Below are positions 28,542 through 45,010 of a stretch of 64,000 bases of DNA, one piece after another (positions within the stretch are counted from its first letter, which is position 1; the number at the start of each line of letters is the position of its first letter). Made by a program: the position numbers and the translations under genes. Source of the DNA: Eledone cirrhosa. Lineage: Eukaryota. Where the stretch lies: contig OZ024741.1 in the NCBI GenBank assembly GCA_964016885.1, forward strand, positions 308,698,001 through 308,762,000, in the 5' to 3' direction. The notes under the pieces are model-generated. The model saw only the letters and a program-made list of their open reading frames with translations, was not told the DNA's origin and searched no databases.

Positions 28542-30107
28542 CAAACCAACGTGCTCGGTTAGAGAAAATAACGTGCTGTCTACCTTATGTTAAGGATGGA
28601 CGGGAACATTGGTTTTCATCTGACCTTCACTTTTGATTTCGGAACAATTTTCAACCACAGACACACAGATAAATGCTTCTGCCGGTTCGCTAAATCTAGT
28701 TAGGGACTGGATGCTTAGAGGAGAGCTGGGCAATGCCAAGCATTTCTAAGCCCCTACTGAAACACCATCATGTACACACAGTCAAACGTTTACAGTAACA
28801 CCCTAACGATTGGTTGCACCACTTACGGAAACTTGAATGATTGATTATTGATAGGTTCTTTTGCTCTTCTGCTGCTCATGCGCATTGATTTCCTAATTCT
28901 ATTTTGAGTCACACGCTCCCTCCTTCCTCCCTCCTCTTCACTATGTCGAGCCACTTTTTTTCTTTTTCTATTTTTTTTTTTTTGTCGCAATCTCTCGCTT
29001 GCAATTGTCATTCTGACAGGATATACCTTTATCCCGTCTGTGTCCATCACAGTTCTGCCCATGTATTCTGCACCACATTTGCTGTATTAATTCACCCCAC
29101 TCCATCGCCAATTGGACAGTTATCGAGGCTTCATTAAGCTCGGTTGGGTCACCTGGATGATCCTGAACACCCACAATACATTGGTGTGTCCAAGGTGGTG
29201 CGTCCATGGAGACGTGGAGAACTTGTTGTTTAGACCCATATTGGCTCTGATAAAGCAATACTTAGAATCAAAAGCATTGCAGCTATGATTATCTCATCAA
29301 TTGTTCAGGTATAATGTACCTTCGATTACATTATGCAATGTGCTCTATTTTTAAAAGAAACACATGTAGTGATTTCTAGGTACTTTTTTAGCATGTAGAG
29401 CAGCTGTGTAATGGTTCACCCAATGTGTACACGGCTAACGACCTATCCACACACACTCCCTCACATACATATACATACACATACACTCATATATTAGAGT
29501 CAATAGACAATCAGTGTAGTAAAAAGCTTACCCATAAATATATTCATGCTATATATACATACTATATATATATACATACTATATATACATGTACTATATA
29601 TATACACATACTATATATATATACATACTATATATATATACATACTATATATATATATATACATACTATATATATATACACATACTATATATATACACAT
29701 ACTATATAAATATATACACTATAGCATGTATATATTTAAAGGGTAAGATACACATATTATATATATATATACACTATAGTATGTATATATTTAAAGCGTA
29801 AGGGTAAAGACCCTTTCGGTCACGAATGACCATGGAATTTTATATATGTGCCCAATTTCGGCAGTAATCCTTTAGTAAACCCTACAAGAGTGAACATCGA
29901 AACCATCAGTAAAGGGATATTGGTCAAAATAATCCCGATTATTCCAAGATCCTTCCCACTTCCTATATATACAGAGAGAGACAGAGATAACAAAGAACGT
30001 TATATACTCAAGTAGAATCTTTGCATTCATGTATACAAGTTGTGTATTAATATTGTAGGCAATGATAAAGACAAATAGAGAAGTTAGAGCGAGAGCAAAA
30101 ACTGTGT

Positions 30108-30179
<72 letters not shown>

Positions 30180-30310
30180 CAAAGAGAGAGAGAGAGAGAG
30201 AGTTAGTTAAGATAAAAGTAAGCAGCACAAAATCAATATGTCTGTATATTATATATATATGAATGTGTGTGTCTGCGCGCGGGTGTGTTACAAATGTTAT
30301 ATATATGTAA

Positions 30311-30383
<73 letters not shown>

Positions 30384-30658
30384 ATGTGGACGATAGTCAG
30401 ATAAATAGTAAAAAAAGAGAAAGAAATGACAGATTCATCAATATGTACAACAGGTGTCATTATCTGATTGCTTATACACAGGTGTGTGTGTGTGTGTGTA
30501 TGTATCTATATGTTTATATATCACACACACACACATATATATTATATATATATATATATAAAATATGTATATATATATATATATATACATCTATATATAA
30601 ACACACACATATATATACATATATAGTATAAAGTAAAGTTTCATACACTTAACATAAG

Positions 30659-30715
30659 TGTGCGACCATTGGTTTCGGGGTCCAGTTATTCCAACATGCC
30701 CCTTCATCGGGAACA
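30659..30715 (-). ncRNA. Type I hammerhead ribozyme motif, core CCGATGA
   Basis: TGTTC CCGATGA A GGGG catgttggaataactgga CCCC GAAA CC AAT GG TC GCACA; GUC site, one mismatch in stem I. Confidence 0.65.
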
Positions 30716-30806
30716 TAGACTAAAATACGAGCATTGCTTTCCTTGACCTCTTATCTACGGATATCCTATATATATATACAATATATATATATATTTCTTA
30801 TTTTTT

Positions 30807-30842
30807 TCTTCTGATGAAGGACTAACGTCCGAAACGTTAAGA
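30807..30842 (+). ncRNA. Minimal type I hammerhead ribozyme motif
   Basis: TCTT CTGATGA A GGAC TAAC GTCC GAAA CG TT AAGA; palindromic AACGTT in place of stem III. A degenerate sister copy lies at 35086-35121. Confidence 0.75.
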
Positions 30843-30974
30843 CCCTCTTCTTGCTATTCCAAGCTTTAAACTAATATATTCTTCAGTTATATATTCTTCA
30901 GTTTTTCTAAGTCCTGTAAAAAGAACTCGGAATATTGGGCCTCCAACCAGTTCTCGCGATATATTTTGTATGTG

Positions 30975-31023
<49 letters not shown>

Positions 31024-31163
31024 CTGTGGTTCAGCAACTCAGAATTGGTCAAGCATGATGGGTACAGCTACACACATGACATGACCAAAACCAAACAGAA
31101 AGTGGTGGCAGTCAACCAGGGAGCAGTTCCTCCAACAGGTGTGACAATGCCCTAGATTGGATT

Positions 31164-31207
<44 letters not shown>

Positions 31208-31209
31208 AG

Positions 31210-31650
31210 GAGTTGTATTTAATTTGTTGGAATTGGTACAAACATAAATGTTTATAACTGATATAGAGCACTCAACAAATTACTGGAGTAAATATTCCAA
31301 GATAATAATAACTGGAAACTATATTTATAAAACCATAATTATTTTATTATATATATTTCAAGGGTGACCAAGCCAATCTTGGTGCGCTTTCATCAGATAA
31401 AATACAAAATTTGTTTTATAAATAACGACATACCCATGGAAATCACACCTTAACGGTCCGAAATTCGCTGGATAGTCAGCGAATTTCGGACCGTTAAGGT
31501 GTGATTTCCATGGGTATGTCGTTATTTATAAAACAAATTTTGTATTTTATCTGATGAAAGCGCACCAAGATTGGCTTGGTCACCCTTGAAATATATATAA
31601 TAAAATAAATATGGTTTTATAAATATAGTTTCCATTTATTATTATCTTGG
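31210..31650. mobile_element. Family H element forming a 174-bp-arm palindrome (31297-31470 / 31477-31650)
   Basis: Arms are reverse complements with about 2 mismatches around a GATAGT spacer; flanked by (TA)n. Confidence 0.8.
31543..31607 (+). ncRNA. Type I hammerhead ribozyme (family H); mirror copy on the minus strand at 31340-31404
   Basis: TATTTTAT CTGATGA AAG cgc ACCAAG attgg CTTGGT cacc CTT GAAA TATATA TA ATAAAATA: 8-bp stem I. Confidence 0.8.
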
Positions 31651-31689
<39 letters not shown>

Positions 31690-32239
31690 ATGTATGTGCA
31701 TGTTATATATATACGTGCATACATTTATAGGAATATAGTATTAATATATCTATATATGCATACACTTCAAAATACATATGCTCTTATTTATTCATGGTGT
31801 AGACTGTATATAAATACATCGATTACGTAATAAACTTATACATACATATATACATACGTACATACATATATACATAGTACATACATACGTACGTACACAC
31901 ACACACATATATATATATGTATATATATATATTTATATATATATATATAATATGTGTGTGTGCACCTTATCTCCTAGTACGCTGAATTAGGGGTCAATTA
32001 AAGATTTATTAATTAAATCCTTTAGTTAATCCTAAATTAATCCTTAATTATTTAGTTGTCAGCTGAACGGGAGAAGGAGAATATACGACAAAAAGCATTA
32101 TATGTGATGGGTACACAATTGTATATAGAAGACGAAAAGTGAGGCCCCGAAATGACAAAACATTTCATCTCACTCGATCTGTGATAGTCTCAATGCCCGC
32201 ATGAATGTATGTGTGTATGTATGTATGTATGTATGTATG

Positions 32240-32279
<40 letters not shown>

Positions 32280-32301
32280 CATACATACATACATACATAC
32301 A

Positions 32302-32334
<33 letters not shown>

Positions 32335-32341
32335 TATATAT

Positions 32342-32384
<43 letters not shown>

Positions 32385-33367
32385 CGAAGGAAGTAGGTGG
32401 ACCATAACGCACCAGAGTACTCAATACTTAGGGTAGTAGAGTGGGTAATAGGAAAATGTTCAAGACCCAGACGGCAGAGCTCAAGCCGTTTCGCCGGCTA
32501 TTTCTGGACGCCAAAATGGCTTGGTCTCTGCCTTCGAGGTCTTGAACATTTTCCTATATATATGTGTGTGTGTGTGAGAGAGAGTGATACCACGACGGGA
32601 TTCCGCACGGTTTCTGTCTACGAAATTCCATTCACAAGATATTGGTTAAACAGAGACTATAGTAGAAGATACTTGCCAAATTGTGATCAAACCAATACTT
32701 CCTCGTACTAAAAGATCAAAGTCGCCTTTTAAAAATTGATAATACTGATCTTTTTAACATTGGACAAGCAGATTTTTATCTAATTAAAACGATCAACTTC
32801 TATTTGAGTCAAGGTTTAAGAATTAAGCTCTGAAAGTTAATTGAAATTTCAATTTATCAAGATTTTTTTCCTGTACGGCATTCAGTACATCATCCTTTAA
32901 CATATTTATCTAAATAAATACAATTGGCCTATTTGAATTATTTCCCTTAGTTCGCTATAATATATATGTGAATTATTAAAAAGGCCCTCAACTCTTGACA
33001 GAGTCGTGGGGTGTCGGGATATCGCCATAACAGGTGATATGTCTTAAGCATCTTAAATCTAGCGAAGCCTACTCTTCTCCAGGGCGGAACACAGCCAATC
33101 TTTTTTTCAGAGAAAGGGAGATAGATAGATAGATATCTTTCTTTATTTGCCACAGGGGCGTACAAAAATGGGACATTACAAGACGTGACGGCGGGGGTTT
33201 TACATAAAAATAACTTTAACATTAATAAATAACAATAAACTATATATAATAAAATCCCCAATGGGGGGGGGGGGGGCGTTACTGCAGGGTTGTTTTACAC
33301 CCCGTGGATAGAACAACCCTCAACACCAGGAACACGTTTTGTAGGTGTTCCTGTCTTCCCTCTGTTT

Positions 33368-34215
<848 letters not shown>

Positions 34216-35274
34216 GCGTACAGTTCTTGATTGGTACTTTTTTGTCGCCTTAAAAAGAGAAAGGCAAGCTATGAACGCAGAGCGCAGTAAGTTCGACCAG
34301 ATACCGAGTCATTTTGATCCAACCCTCTGACGACGATGCCAATTCGCTGTCTTCATAAAAATTATTATTCTGGCTAAAAAATGTTCATAACTCTTGTTTT
34401 ATGTGTAAAAGTCTTTCGCAATCGATCAAGTAATATTTATATCACTATTTTTAAAGACAGGGCAATCCATTATGTTGGGAAAAACTATTTTAGCCAGTTG
34501 ATAATTTGATATTGCAATGGCCTCTAATATAAAATATTATACTTCTCCGAGAAACAGAGATCATATGTAAACTGTAAACTGTAAACATGTAGGCAGGCAC
34601 GGCATCTATAAATTGACTAATCGATTTTATAATTGTTAATAATATTCTCATTTAAACACTAAGTACTTTTTGAGAGCATAGTAAAGAGAAGTCCTTTCGA
34701 ATGTCTGAATGTGTACATATGTCGGAAGAATCTTTTTTAAAGGGATTATCAGATAGACCTCTTCAGCCTAACCTGTTTCATTGTTATTTGCAAAACATCA
34801 GAGAGATAATATACCTTTGCAAAAGAAGAATCATGGTGACTGCTGAAATTACAGAATTGCTGCATGTACACACATCGTATTATGTGAGTGTGTGTGTAAA
34901 AGGTAAACAGAAATAACAAAACAAACGGCACAGTACATGGAAGGAATATATTAGCTTATATATATATATATATATATAAATCCAAGAAATGGCAACATGA
35001 ATGGACCTGTCGTTTATGTCCAAAATAATTTTTTTTTCCCGTTTCCGCCCTGCCCGTCCCCTCAAACTTTCTATTTCTCCTTTTTTCTTCTGATGAAAAA
35101 CTAGCGTCCGAAACGTTAAGACTCTTATCCTGCTATTTCACACGTTAAACTAATATATTCCTTTAATGAACAATGACGTTTTTTGTTGTTGTTGTGATTT
35201 TGGTTATTTCTGTTTACACACATATATATGTGTACGTGTGTATATATATATATATATATACATATGTATGTATG

Positions 35275-35325
<51 letters not shown>

Positions 35326-35347
35326 ATATATACATATCTGTAAGCAA

Positions 35348-35384
<37 letters not shown>

Positions 35385-35769
35385 CGGGGTAACAAATAAT
35401 AGTTATATATATATACATATATATATACATATCTGTAAGTAAGTATATATATAAACATATATGTGAATGCGCGCGCGTGTGTGTGTGTGTGTGTGTGTGT
35501 GTGTCCACGCACATATATATTACATGTGATTAGATGGAACAACATAAATAATGTAGAAAAGACAAATCAAGTCGAAAAAAAGCAAGGCCATCTTGACCAG
35601 CACGTCTACTGCACACACTCATAAAAACAGTGGTGAAAACGTTTTACTTTATTCTCACACAATTTCTGTCGTCAGCCAGTAAATGAGACAATTTAGGTAG
35701 GCTACTGTTGATAGATAACTATTAATTTGTCTCTTCAAGTAACAGTATATACACACACTCACACACACC

Positions 35770-35823
<54 letters not shown>

Positions 35824-36352
35824 ATATATATGTGTGTATTTATATATATATATATATGTGTATATATATGTATATAAATATATATATGTATATATATATT
35901 TATATATATGTATATATATATATACACATATATACACACATATATATATATATGTGTGTGTGTGTGTGTATGTATATATGTATATATATATACACACACG
36001 TGTGCGTATCAAATAAACACGTAGTGATGAAACATATACAAACACATGCATTCATTATATAAGCACATACCTATTAATACATACAACATGTTGACATATA
36101 TAGAAATCATTATTGGCAGTATCGGTAGAGGGTCGGACGCCATGCTTTCCAGCATAGTTACGTCCCTTTACGGTCTAAGTTCAAATCCCGCCGAGGTTGA
36201 CTTTGCCTTTCATCCTTACGGGGTCGATAAAATAAAGTACCAGTAATGCGCTGGTGAATTGCTGGCCTTGTGCCTAAAGTAGAAACAATTATATATATAT
36301 ATACATATATATATATATAACAAATTTAATATAGAAATGTATTCTACAGGCT

Positions 36353-36397
36353 TTCCTGATGATTTCCTCCGAATGAAACTGTCCTAGCCCTGTAAAA
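36353..36397 (+). ncRNA. Hammerhead ribozyme motif, slightly degenerate (family B)
   Basis: TTC CTGATGA T TTC CTCC GAA T GAAA CTG TCCTAGCC CTG TA AAA. Confidence 0.55.
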
Positions 36398-37345
36398 GCC
36401 ATTTCTATATTAAATTTGTTATATACACTCTACTAATGTATTGAGTACCTTACTTAATGTGGTTACCCCCAATTGAACTCGGGACTCACACACACATACA
36501 CACACACACACACATACACATATCACATATATATATATATATATATATATAGGTGAACAAATGAATAGAGAACAAAAAACAGTGAGGCAGTACAAATGAT
36601 ATTGCGAGTGGGGGGAGGGGAGTACATATATATATATACATATATATATATTATTCAAAATATTAACATGTATATATATATTATTCAAAATGTGTTAACA
36701 TGTATATATATATATATCCTTGTGAGTGTGTGTAACACCATTTATGTTATGTGTAGGGAAAAGCTAGGATGATATGAAGGCGGACGTCAATCAACTGAGC
36801 TCCCCTAAAAGATGGCTCAAAATTGGGGACTCAACCTCCGATACAATGCTCTTGATTTAATGCTACTTCCATGACAGTTCCCAAGCCACACACAGTGAGA
36901 CGCCTGTACCCCTCGCCAACCACAAAGGACACAGAGCACCCTAGTATTGTAATGAGGAAGTGCTGATGCTACCTATCCCAGCCTGTAAGGTGGTCGTGCC
37001 GGAGTCCAAGAGGATAAAGTGATTGGTTGTTAGGAGGACATCTAGCTGTAGAAACCATGTTTCGGTACATGATGTAGAGTGGTTGATGATAGGAAGGACA
37101 TCCACACAACAACCGCATAACCCATGTAAACATGGAAAATAGATGTTACACGGTGATGATAATGGCTGTACTTATATATAATGTATTTAATTTCACATCA
37201 CTAAGTATGACTGTATGTGTCCCAGTAAATATGATCATATCGGCATACATGTAGTGGACACTATTATTTTTCCGAATTACAATTACAGAAAATAGATTTT
37301 ATTTATCTATTTATACACACACACACTCATATATATATATATATA

Positions 37346-37381
<36 letters not shown>

Positions 37382-38284
37382 CGAAGGAATTGTGGTAAGG
37401 AACCAGATGGACCATAACACACCAGAGTACTCAATACTTAGGGTAGTAGAGTGGGTAATAGGAAAAAGTATGACCCCGACGGCAGAGCTGAAGCCGTTTC
37501 GACGGCTATTTCTGGACCAGAAATAGCCGTCGAAACGGCTTGAGCGGCCGGCGGGGGCATACTTGGGGCATGTAGTGAGAGTGAAGAGGAGTATAGATAT
37601 ACTGTACGATGATAGAGTGTGACTGGGTGTGTAGTGTGTAGTACTGTACTGTGTGATATGATGAGTATGTCATAGCAGTAGTATGACTTGTGTATGTATG
37701 TGTGATGTCTGAGTATATATGTCATGACATATAGCTGAGAGTATAGCATACAGTATACAGTACTGAGTAGTATGATACAGTGACATAGTATAGATGAGTA
37801 TGTATATACAGGATAGTAGTCAGTATGAGTAAGTATGTCGATGTGATACAGACATAGTACTGTATGTGTGTGTATGTATGTGTATGTATAGTAGTACAGA
37901 CATAGACATATATATATATACATACATATACATATATATATATACATACATATACATATATATATACATACATATACATATATATATACATACATATACA
38001 TATATATATACATACATATACATATATATACATACATATACATATATATATACATACATATACATATATATATATACATACATATACATATATATATACA
38101 TACATATACATATATATATATATATACATACATATACATATATATATATATATACATATATACATACATATACATATATACATACATATACATACATACA
38201 TACATATATACATACATTCCCTAGCATACTATATACATACATATACATACATATACATATATATATACATACATATACATATAC

Positions 38285-38315
<31 letters not shown>

Positions 38316-38472
38316 CATATATATACATATATACATATATATACATATACATACATATATATATACATATACATATACACATATAAATACACATATATAT
38401 ATACACATACATATATACATATACATATGTACATATATATATATACATATATATATATACATATATATATAC

Positions 38473-38573
<101 letters not shown>

Positions 38574-38686
38574 TATATGTATAGGGCGACCGGCTGAGGT
38601 TGAAGGAACAGAATAGCGGTCGCCCTCGAGTCCTCGATTTTCAGCCCCATGGATTTTATCTATTACATTCACGTATTATATTTCGA

Positions 38687-38744
38687 ATACCTGATGATAT
38701 CACCGGATTCATACGGAACCCGGTCATTGAAATGATCATAGTAT
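38687..38744 (+). ncRNA. Type I hammerhead ribozyme motif
   Basis: ATAC CTGATGA TAT CACCGG aTTCatacgGAAc CCGGT cATT GAAA TGATCA TA GTAT: stem I ATAC/GTAT, palindromic stem III ATGATCAT. Confidence 0.8.
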
Positions 38745-38824
38745 AATAAACCTTTCAAGGATTTACACAAATCTAGCCTCCTCTCATTTCATTATTATAT
38801 ATATATATATATATATACATATAT

Positions 38825-38886
<62 letters not shown>

Positions 38887-39206
38887 CAGTGTGGTCTACC
38901 CTTGTTGGTAGGGTCCGCACCGTAGATAGAACTCAATGTAATCAGATGGCGAGTAATCCAGTGAAATCCATAGAAAGGTTCCGTGTTCCGCTGAGTTAAT
39001 TCCTTAGATACAATCACATATTAGGTATTAATTATACACACACACACACACATATATATACTTGTGTTTATGTGTGTATATATATATATAGACCTTCTTC
39101 AGTTTCAGTCACTCAAATTCCACAAACAAGGCATTGGTCAAGTCGGGTTATAATAGGAGGCACTTGCCCAAAGTGCGAACTCCTTAACCCCACGACCATG
39201 TCTATA

Positions 39207-39271
<65 letters not shown>

Positions 39272-39499
39272 ACACATGCACTAATAAACAACCACGTCAA
39301 ATATATGTGGTGTATTGAGTACCATACTTTAATGTACTCCCTTCAGTTCTTTAACGGAGGGAAATTCAATTGTGTGAGTGTGTATTTTTGTAAACATTCA
39401 GTTGACTTAATAAGAATTAGAAGATTTGAAATGACTAATTGTGATCGTCTATAATTATAATCATCTGCGTTTGGACGACTTCATAATATGTGTATATTG

Positions 39500-39920
39500 A
39501 GGGCGGTGGATTGGCAGAATCGGTAGAGGGTCTGACGCCTTGCTTTCCAGCATAGTTACGTCCCTTTACGGTCTGAGTTCAAATCCCGCTGAGGTTGACT
39601 TTGCCTTTCATTCTTACGGAGTCGATAAAATAAAGTACCAGTAATACACTAGCATAATTGCTGGCCTTGTGCCAAAAGTAGAAACAATTATATATATATG
39701 TATATATCATATATATTACATATGTATTTTATATATGTATATTATATGTATTATATACATTTAGTAAAGGCGGCGAATTGGCAGAGTCGTTAAGACTGCT
39801 TTACGCTTTTCGTCCCACCTCATTGCGTTCTCTGAGTTCAAATCCTGCCATGGTCAACTTTGCCTTTCATCCTTTCGAGGTCGATAAGAAAAGTACCAGT
39901 TTAGTACTAGGGTCGATTCT
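39500..39920 (+). mobile_element. Two SINE family A copies (other plus-strand copies at about 36115-36290, 56870-56990, 57807-57995)
   Basis: GAGGGCGGTGGATTGGCAGAATCGG ... GTGCCAAAAGTAGAAACAATTA. Confidence 0.85.
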
Positions 39921-40628
39921 TCCTCAATAGGAAAAAATCGGCTGTGTTCAAATTTAAAAGTGCCCTAGACACGCCGATTGACGGTGCCTCTACCACTCCA
40001 CAAGAAGTTATGGGATCTTTATCCTTTTATATATGTATTTTACATATGAATATGAATATGATATATATTATATACTTATTTTATATGTAAATATATATAG
40101 TATATATATATATTATATATGTATATTATACATATATTATATATGTATATAAATATATATTAATTATGTATATTATATATTATATATATATTACATATAA
40201 ATATATATTATATATATATTACATATAAATATATATTATATATATATTACGTATAAATATATATATATATATATATATATAATTAGTTACAACAGTGACA
40301 CAACCGGTATTTAAGTTTCGTTGTGTTCTTCATCCCACCTCATTCAGCCTGTCATAAATAAAACTGTACATTTTTATTTATATAACAGGCTAAATGAGGT
40401 GTGGTGAATAACCCAACGAAACTTACATACCGGTAGATGTCACTGTGGAAACTATATATATTTAACTCATCCTATGGGCTGAATGCTCTTACCCTTATAT
40501 ATATATTATATTTATACCAAATTGGTAGTACAGTATATATATATTATTTCATTGTTTTAACTTATATATATATATAGCTGTCGAAACGGCCGGAGCTCAG
40601 CCGTCGGGGTCCTGAATCTTTTCACACA

Positions 40629-40707
<79 letters not shown>

Positions 40708-41102
40708 AGATTTAGATTCATATTATATATTATAATATATATATATGTGTTTGTATGTGTGTATGTGTGGGTGTGAGTATGTGTTTGCATGTGTGCGTGT
40801 ACAGACTGATTGCGTGCGGTTCAATAAACGGAAGAAACCTACTCAGTAAAATATATTACTAGGATATATGGCTGAGTATACCAGACATGCACTGTTAACG
40901 GAATGAACAAGCTTCAAACTACCACCTTGTTTTACATGTAGTCTCCATTCGACTGATTTTCATACACTTTCAGTCTTACCACTTTCATCAACGAAGATTT
41001 TGTCGGCCTGTAGTTGGACCAGAGAGGATACATACACAGATACATACACTGACACACACATATATACATACATATATATATGCATATATATATATATATA
41101 TA

Positions 41103-41144
<42 letters not shown>

Positions 41145-41228
41145 TACATATATATATATATATGCATATGCATATATATATATATATGCATATGCATATA
41201 TATATGCATATGCATATATATATGCATA

Positions 41229-41270
<42 letters not shown>

Positions 41271-41284
41271 TATATATATGCATA

Positions 41285-41342
<58 letters not shown>

Positions 41343-41404
41343 TATATATATACACACATATATATCTGAATATATATATATATATATATATGCATAAATA
41401 TCTG

Positions 41405-41443
<39 letters not shown>

Positions 41444-41447
41444 CTGA

Positions 41448-41478
<31 letters not shown>

Positions 41479-41560
41479 TTCAGATATATATATGTACATA
41501 CATTTATATTTACATATATACACGCACACACACACACATATATATATATATATACATTCG

Positions 41561-41603
<43 letters not shown>

Positions 41604-41868
41604 ATGTGTGTGTGTGCGCGCGCGTGTATGTGTGTATAGAGCAATGAAAACAGAACAAAAGTCAGACATAGATAGTTAATTAGTTCATTGTTTTACGATC
41701 GTTTCACAGGGTCGACTGATCGTGGTCGATCGATGTATCGACTAGCATAGTAGTGGTTACGTAAATACCTATTTCTAATCTCGAAATTCCTGTTCGATCG
41801 ACCTCCTTGCGACCATAGATACACACACACATATATACACATATCTATATATCTATCTATACATATAT

Positions 41869-42360
41869 AGCCATGGCGAAAGAGGTTGTATGGTGGACGC
41901 GTCTGAAAGGACTGAGGTCGGGCACCTTTCTCTCTGGCCAACAACTGGTCCGTTTCTTCCGATATCATTTCGGAAGAAGGGTCAGGATGGAGAGAGAGGT
42001 GCTGCACCCCAGCCGTATCTATGAAAGATGGGTGAAAGTGGCGAGAATGGCCCGTGTGAATGGGCCTTCACTCTACATCAGACTATAGGTGAGGAAGATG
42101 AAAGACCAAGGGAGCACCCCTTCTCTGTGCTCCTGAGGAGAAGGGTTGCACACTTTTTTCGGGGGTGTGTGCGACCCCTCAAGGCGCCTCCTCTCTATTG
42201 AGGATTTTGTTAAAAATTTTATTTTTTGTTATATCTTATTTTATTTTTATATTTTGTTATTGCCTCCTCCTTATTGAGGACGCCTTTTTGTGTAAACTCC
42301 CCCCTTTGTACTTGTCCCACTTTTGATGCCCTAGTGGCAAATAAAAGAAATATATCTATA
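41869..42360 (+). mobile_element. Second 5'-truncated copy of the same L1/Tx1-like element
   Basis: MAKEVVWWTRLKGLRS...RMARVNGPSLYI nearly identical to 33626-33845; similar 3' UTR. Confidence 0.8.
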
Positions 42361-42684
42361 CATATATACATTTCTATGCATATATATGTAGATATATACA
42401 TATCTATACACACATGTACACATACACACACACACACACACATATCTATACATACACACACACACACACACATATCTATACATACACACACACACATATA
42501 TATATATATATATTATATATATAAACATATATATACATAAATGTATATACAAATATATTTACATATATATACAAATATATTTACATATATATACATATAT
42601 ATATACATATATATACATATATACATACATATATACATATATATACATATATACATACATATATACATAGGTATATATACATTC

Positions 42685-42715
<31 letters not shown>

Positions 42716-42872
42716 GTGAAAAACGGGAACAAAACAGAGGGGCAGTACAAACAAAGGTTTATTAGTTTCACGCTATATATATAGATATATAGATATATAG
42801 ATATATAGATATATAGAGAGAGAAGGGGGGGGTGAGAGAGATAGATAGATAGATATAGACAAATAGATAGAT

Positions 42873-42957
<85 letters not shown>

Positions 42958-43496
42958 ACTCCTAGGGACATCGTACGTAGGGGCGCCATATTGATATAGG
43001 GCGTTTCTAGGGTACTTTGTTAAACCTGGCAGAGCCCAATCCTTTCTAGGTCTGAATACAGCAGAATTCTTCGAGAGAAGGCTAGAGAGAGTGAGAGTGA
43101 GTGTGAGTATGTGTGTGTGAGAGAGAGAGAGAGAGGGGAAGTGAGAAAGAGATATAGAGGAAGAATCAACCCAGTACTAGAATGGATGAAAGGCAAAGTT
43201 AAAGTCGGCGGGAACGAATACTGCAAAGCATTCTAGACGATGTTCTTACGACACTGATAATTCTCCGCCATATATATATGTATATACACGCATATATATA
43301 TATATATACATATATGTGTGTGTGTGTGTGTGTGTCTATCTATATATATATGTCTGTGTGTATGTGTTGATTACATAACAGATAATTCTATGCAATATGT
43401 ATGTTAATCTCGGACATAATTCCATGCAATATTTGCTATATCATTTAATAATATCATTACTGACACACGGACACAGACACTTACAAACACACACAC

Positions 43497-43546
<50 letters not shown>

Positions 43547-43741
43547 AAAAGAATGAAACGAAATTTCATTTCTCACTCTTAGTACGGCTAATACTCAAAT
43601 GTAAGTATGTATGTATACGTACATACATATATGTATACAGACGTACAGTAGTATGTATATATACACATACATGCACACATATATATATGTACGTATGGGT
43701 TTACCGAACTATTATTATAATGTGTCTGTGTGTGGTTGTCA

Positions 43742-43812
<71 letters not shown>

Positions 43813-44975
43813 CACATTGACAACCACACACAGTCACGTTCAGAGACTGACTGAAGAACACTCACAGGAACTCACATTACATGGAAATTGCTTTGTAGAA
43901 AATAAATAAATACTTCGTTGATGTAGCAAATTTATTTCTGCAGTGTCATAATTGTTACCAGTAATAACATAGGTTTTGACCCTTGGATGCTTTCAGCAGT
44001 ATCTACTCCGTATGTTGTAAGTATTAAGGCTAGGTCTCCGGTTTGAAGATACCTCCTACCAGTCTTGAAATCCATGAAAAGTGTCATGGGCTCTGCCATT
44101 CCCTACCCTTACTCCTTCCCCACCAATCTCAGAGACCCTAAAATTCTCATGGACACTCCCCTTCCCTCCTTGAGTAAACAGGTCTCTAGTTTGAAGATTG
44201 CCTCTCTCTAAATTGTCTTAGAGGCCCTAAAATGGGTCATGGGCATTAACCCTTCCGTCCTTCGTTAAACAGTTAAAAAATATGGTTCACTGCATTTTTT
44301 TTATTTTACAGAACTTCGGCTCTCCTAGAGTAACCTCATCAAGAATTCTTTTTAGTCATGTATACCGACCCGAGTTAGTGCTGAGTTGAGGCCGTTAGCT
44401 AAACAAGCTACAGTTTAGGACCTCACAATCTAGATGGGCGCCCCTTTAAAAGGGGTTTCCAATATTGGTGTGGTGGGGTTCTTCTTATGTAATTATTGTT
44501 TCAACAAGTATCTGCCAAGCTATACGTGCACAGTTTACGCCCTTAATATTAGGGCCTACACTCTACGGACTAAACTTTAGAGCACACATCCAGCACTACT
44601 CCTCCAAGTACTTCAACCTATTATGATTTAATAATTGTTTCTACATTTGGCACAAGGCCAGCAATTATCCCAGTACATTACTGGTACTTTATTTATCGAC
44701 TCCGTAAGGATGAAAGGCAAAGTTAACCTTTGCGGGATTTGAACTCAGACCGTAAAGGGCCGTAACTCTATGCTGCAAAGCATGGTGTCTGACGATCTAC
44801 TGATAACTGCCAATCCACCGCCCTCTTACGAATTAATAATAATAACTGAATAACTCTTCATCGGATAATTACGCAATTTAACTTTTTAACAGAAAGGGAC
44901 GCAACTCGACACACCACCGGCACACGTGAGCAAATACACTCACTCCCCACCTATAAACACATTATACACACACAC

Positions 44976-45010
<35 letters not shown>

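Noticed and set aside
37550-37900. Irregular GTA/TGA-rich stretch within ORF 37438-38217
   Set aside because: Looks like a scrambled low-complexity repeat or poor consensus sequence; no recognisable protein.
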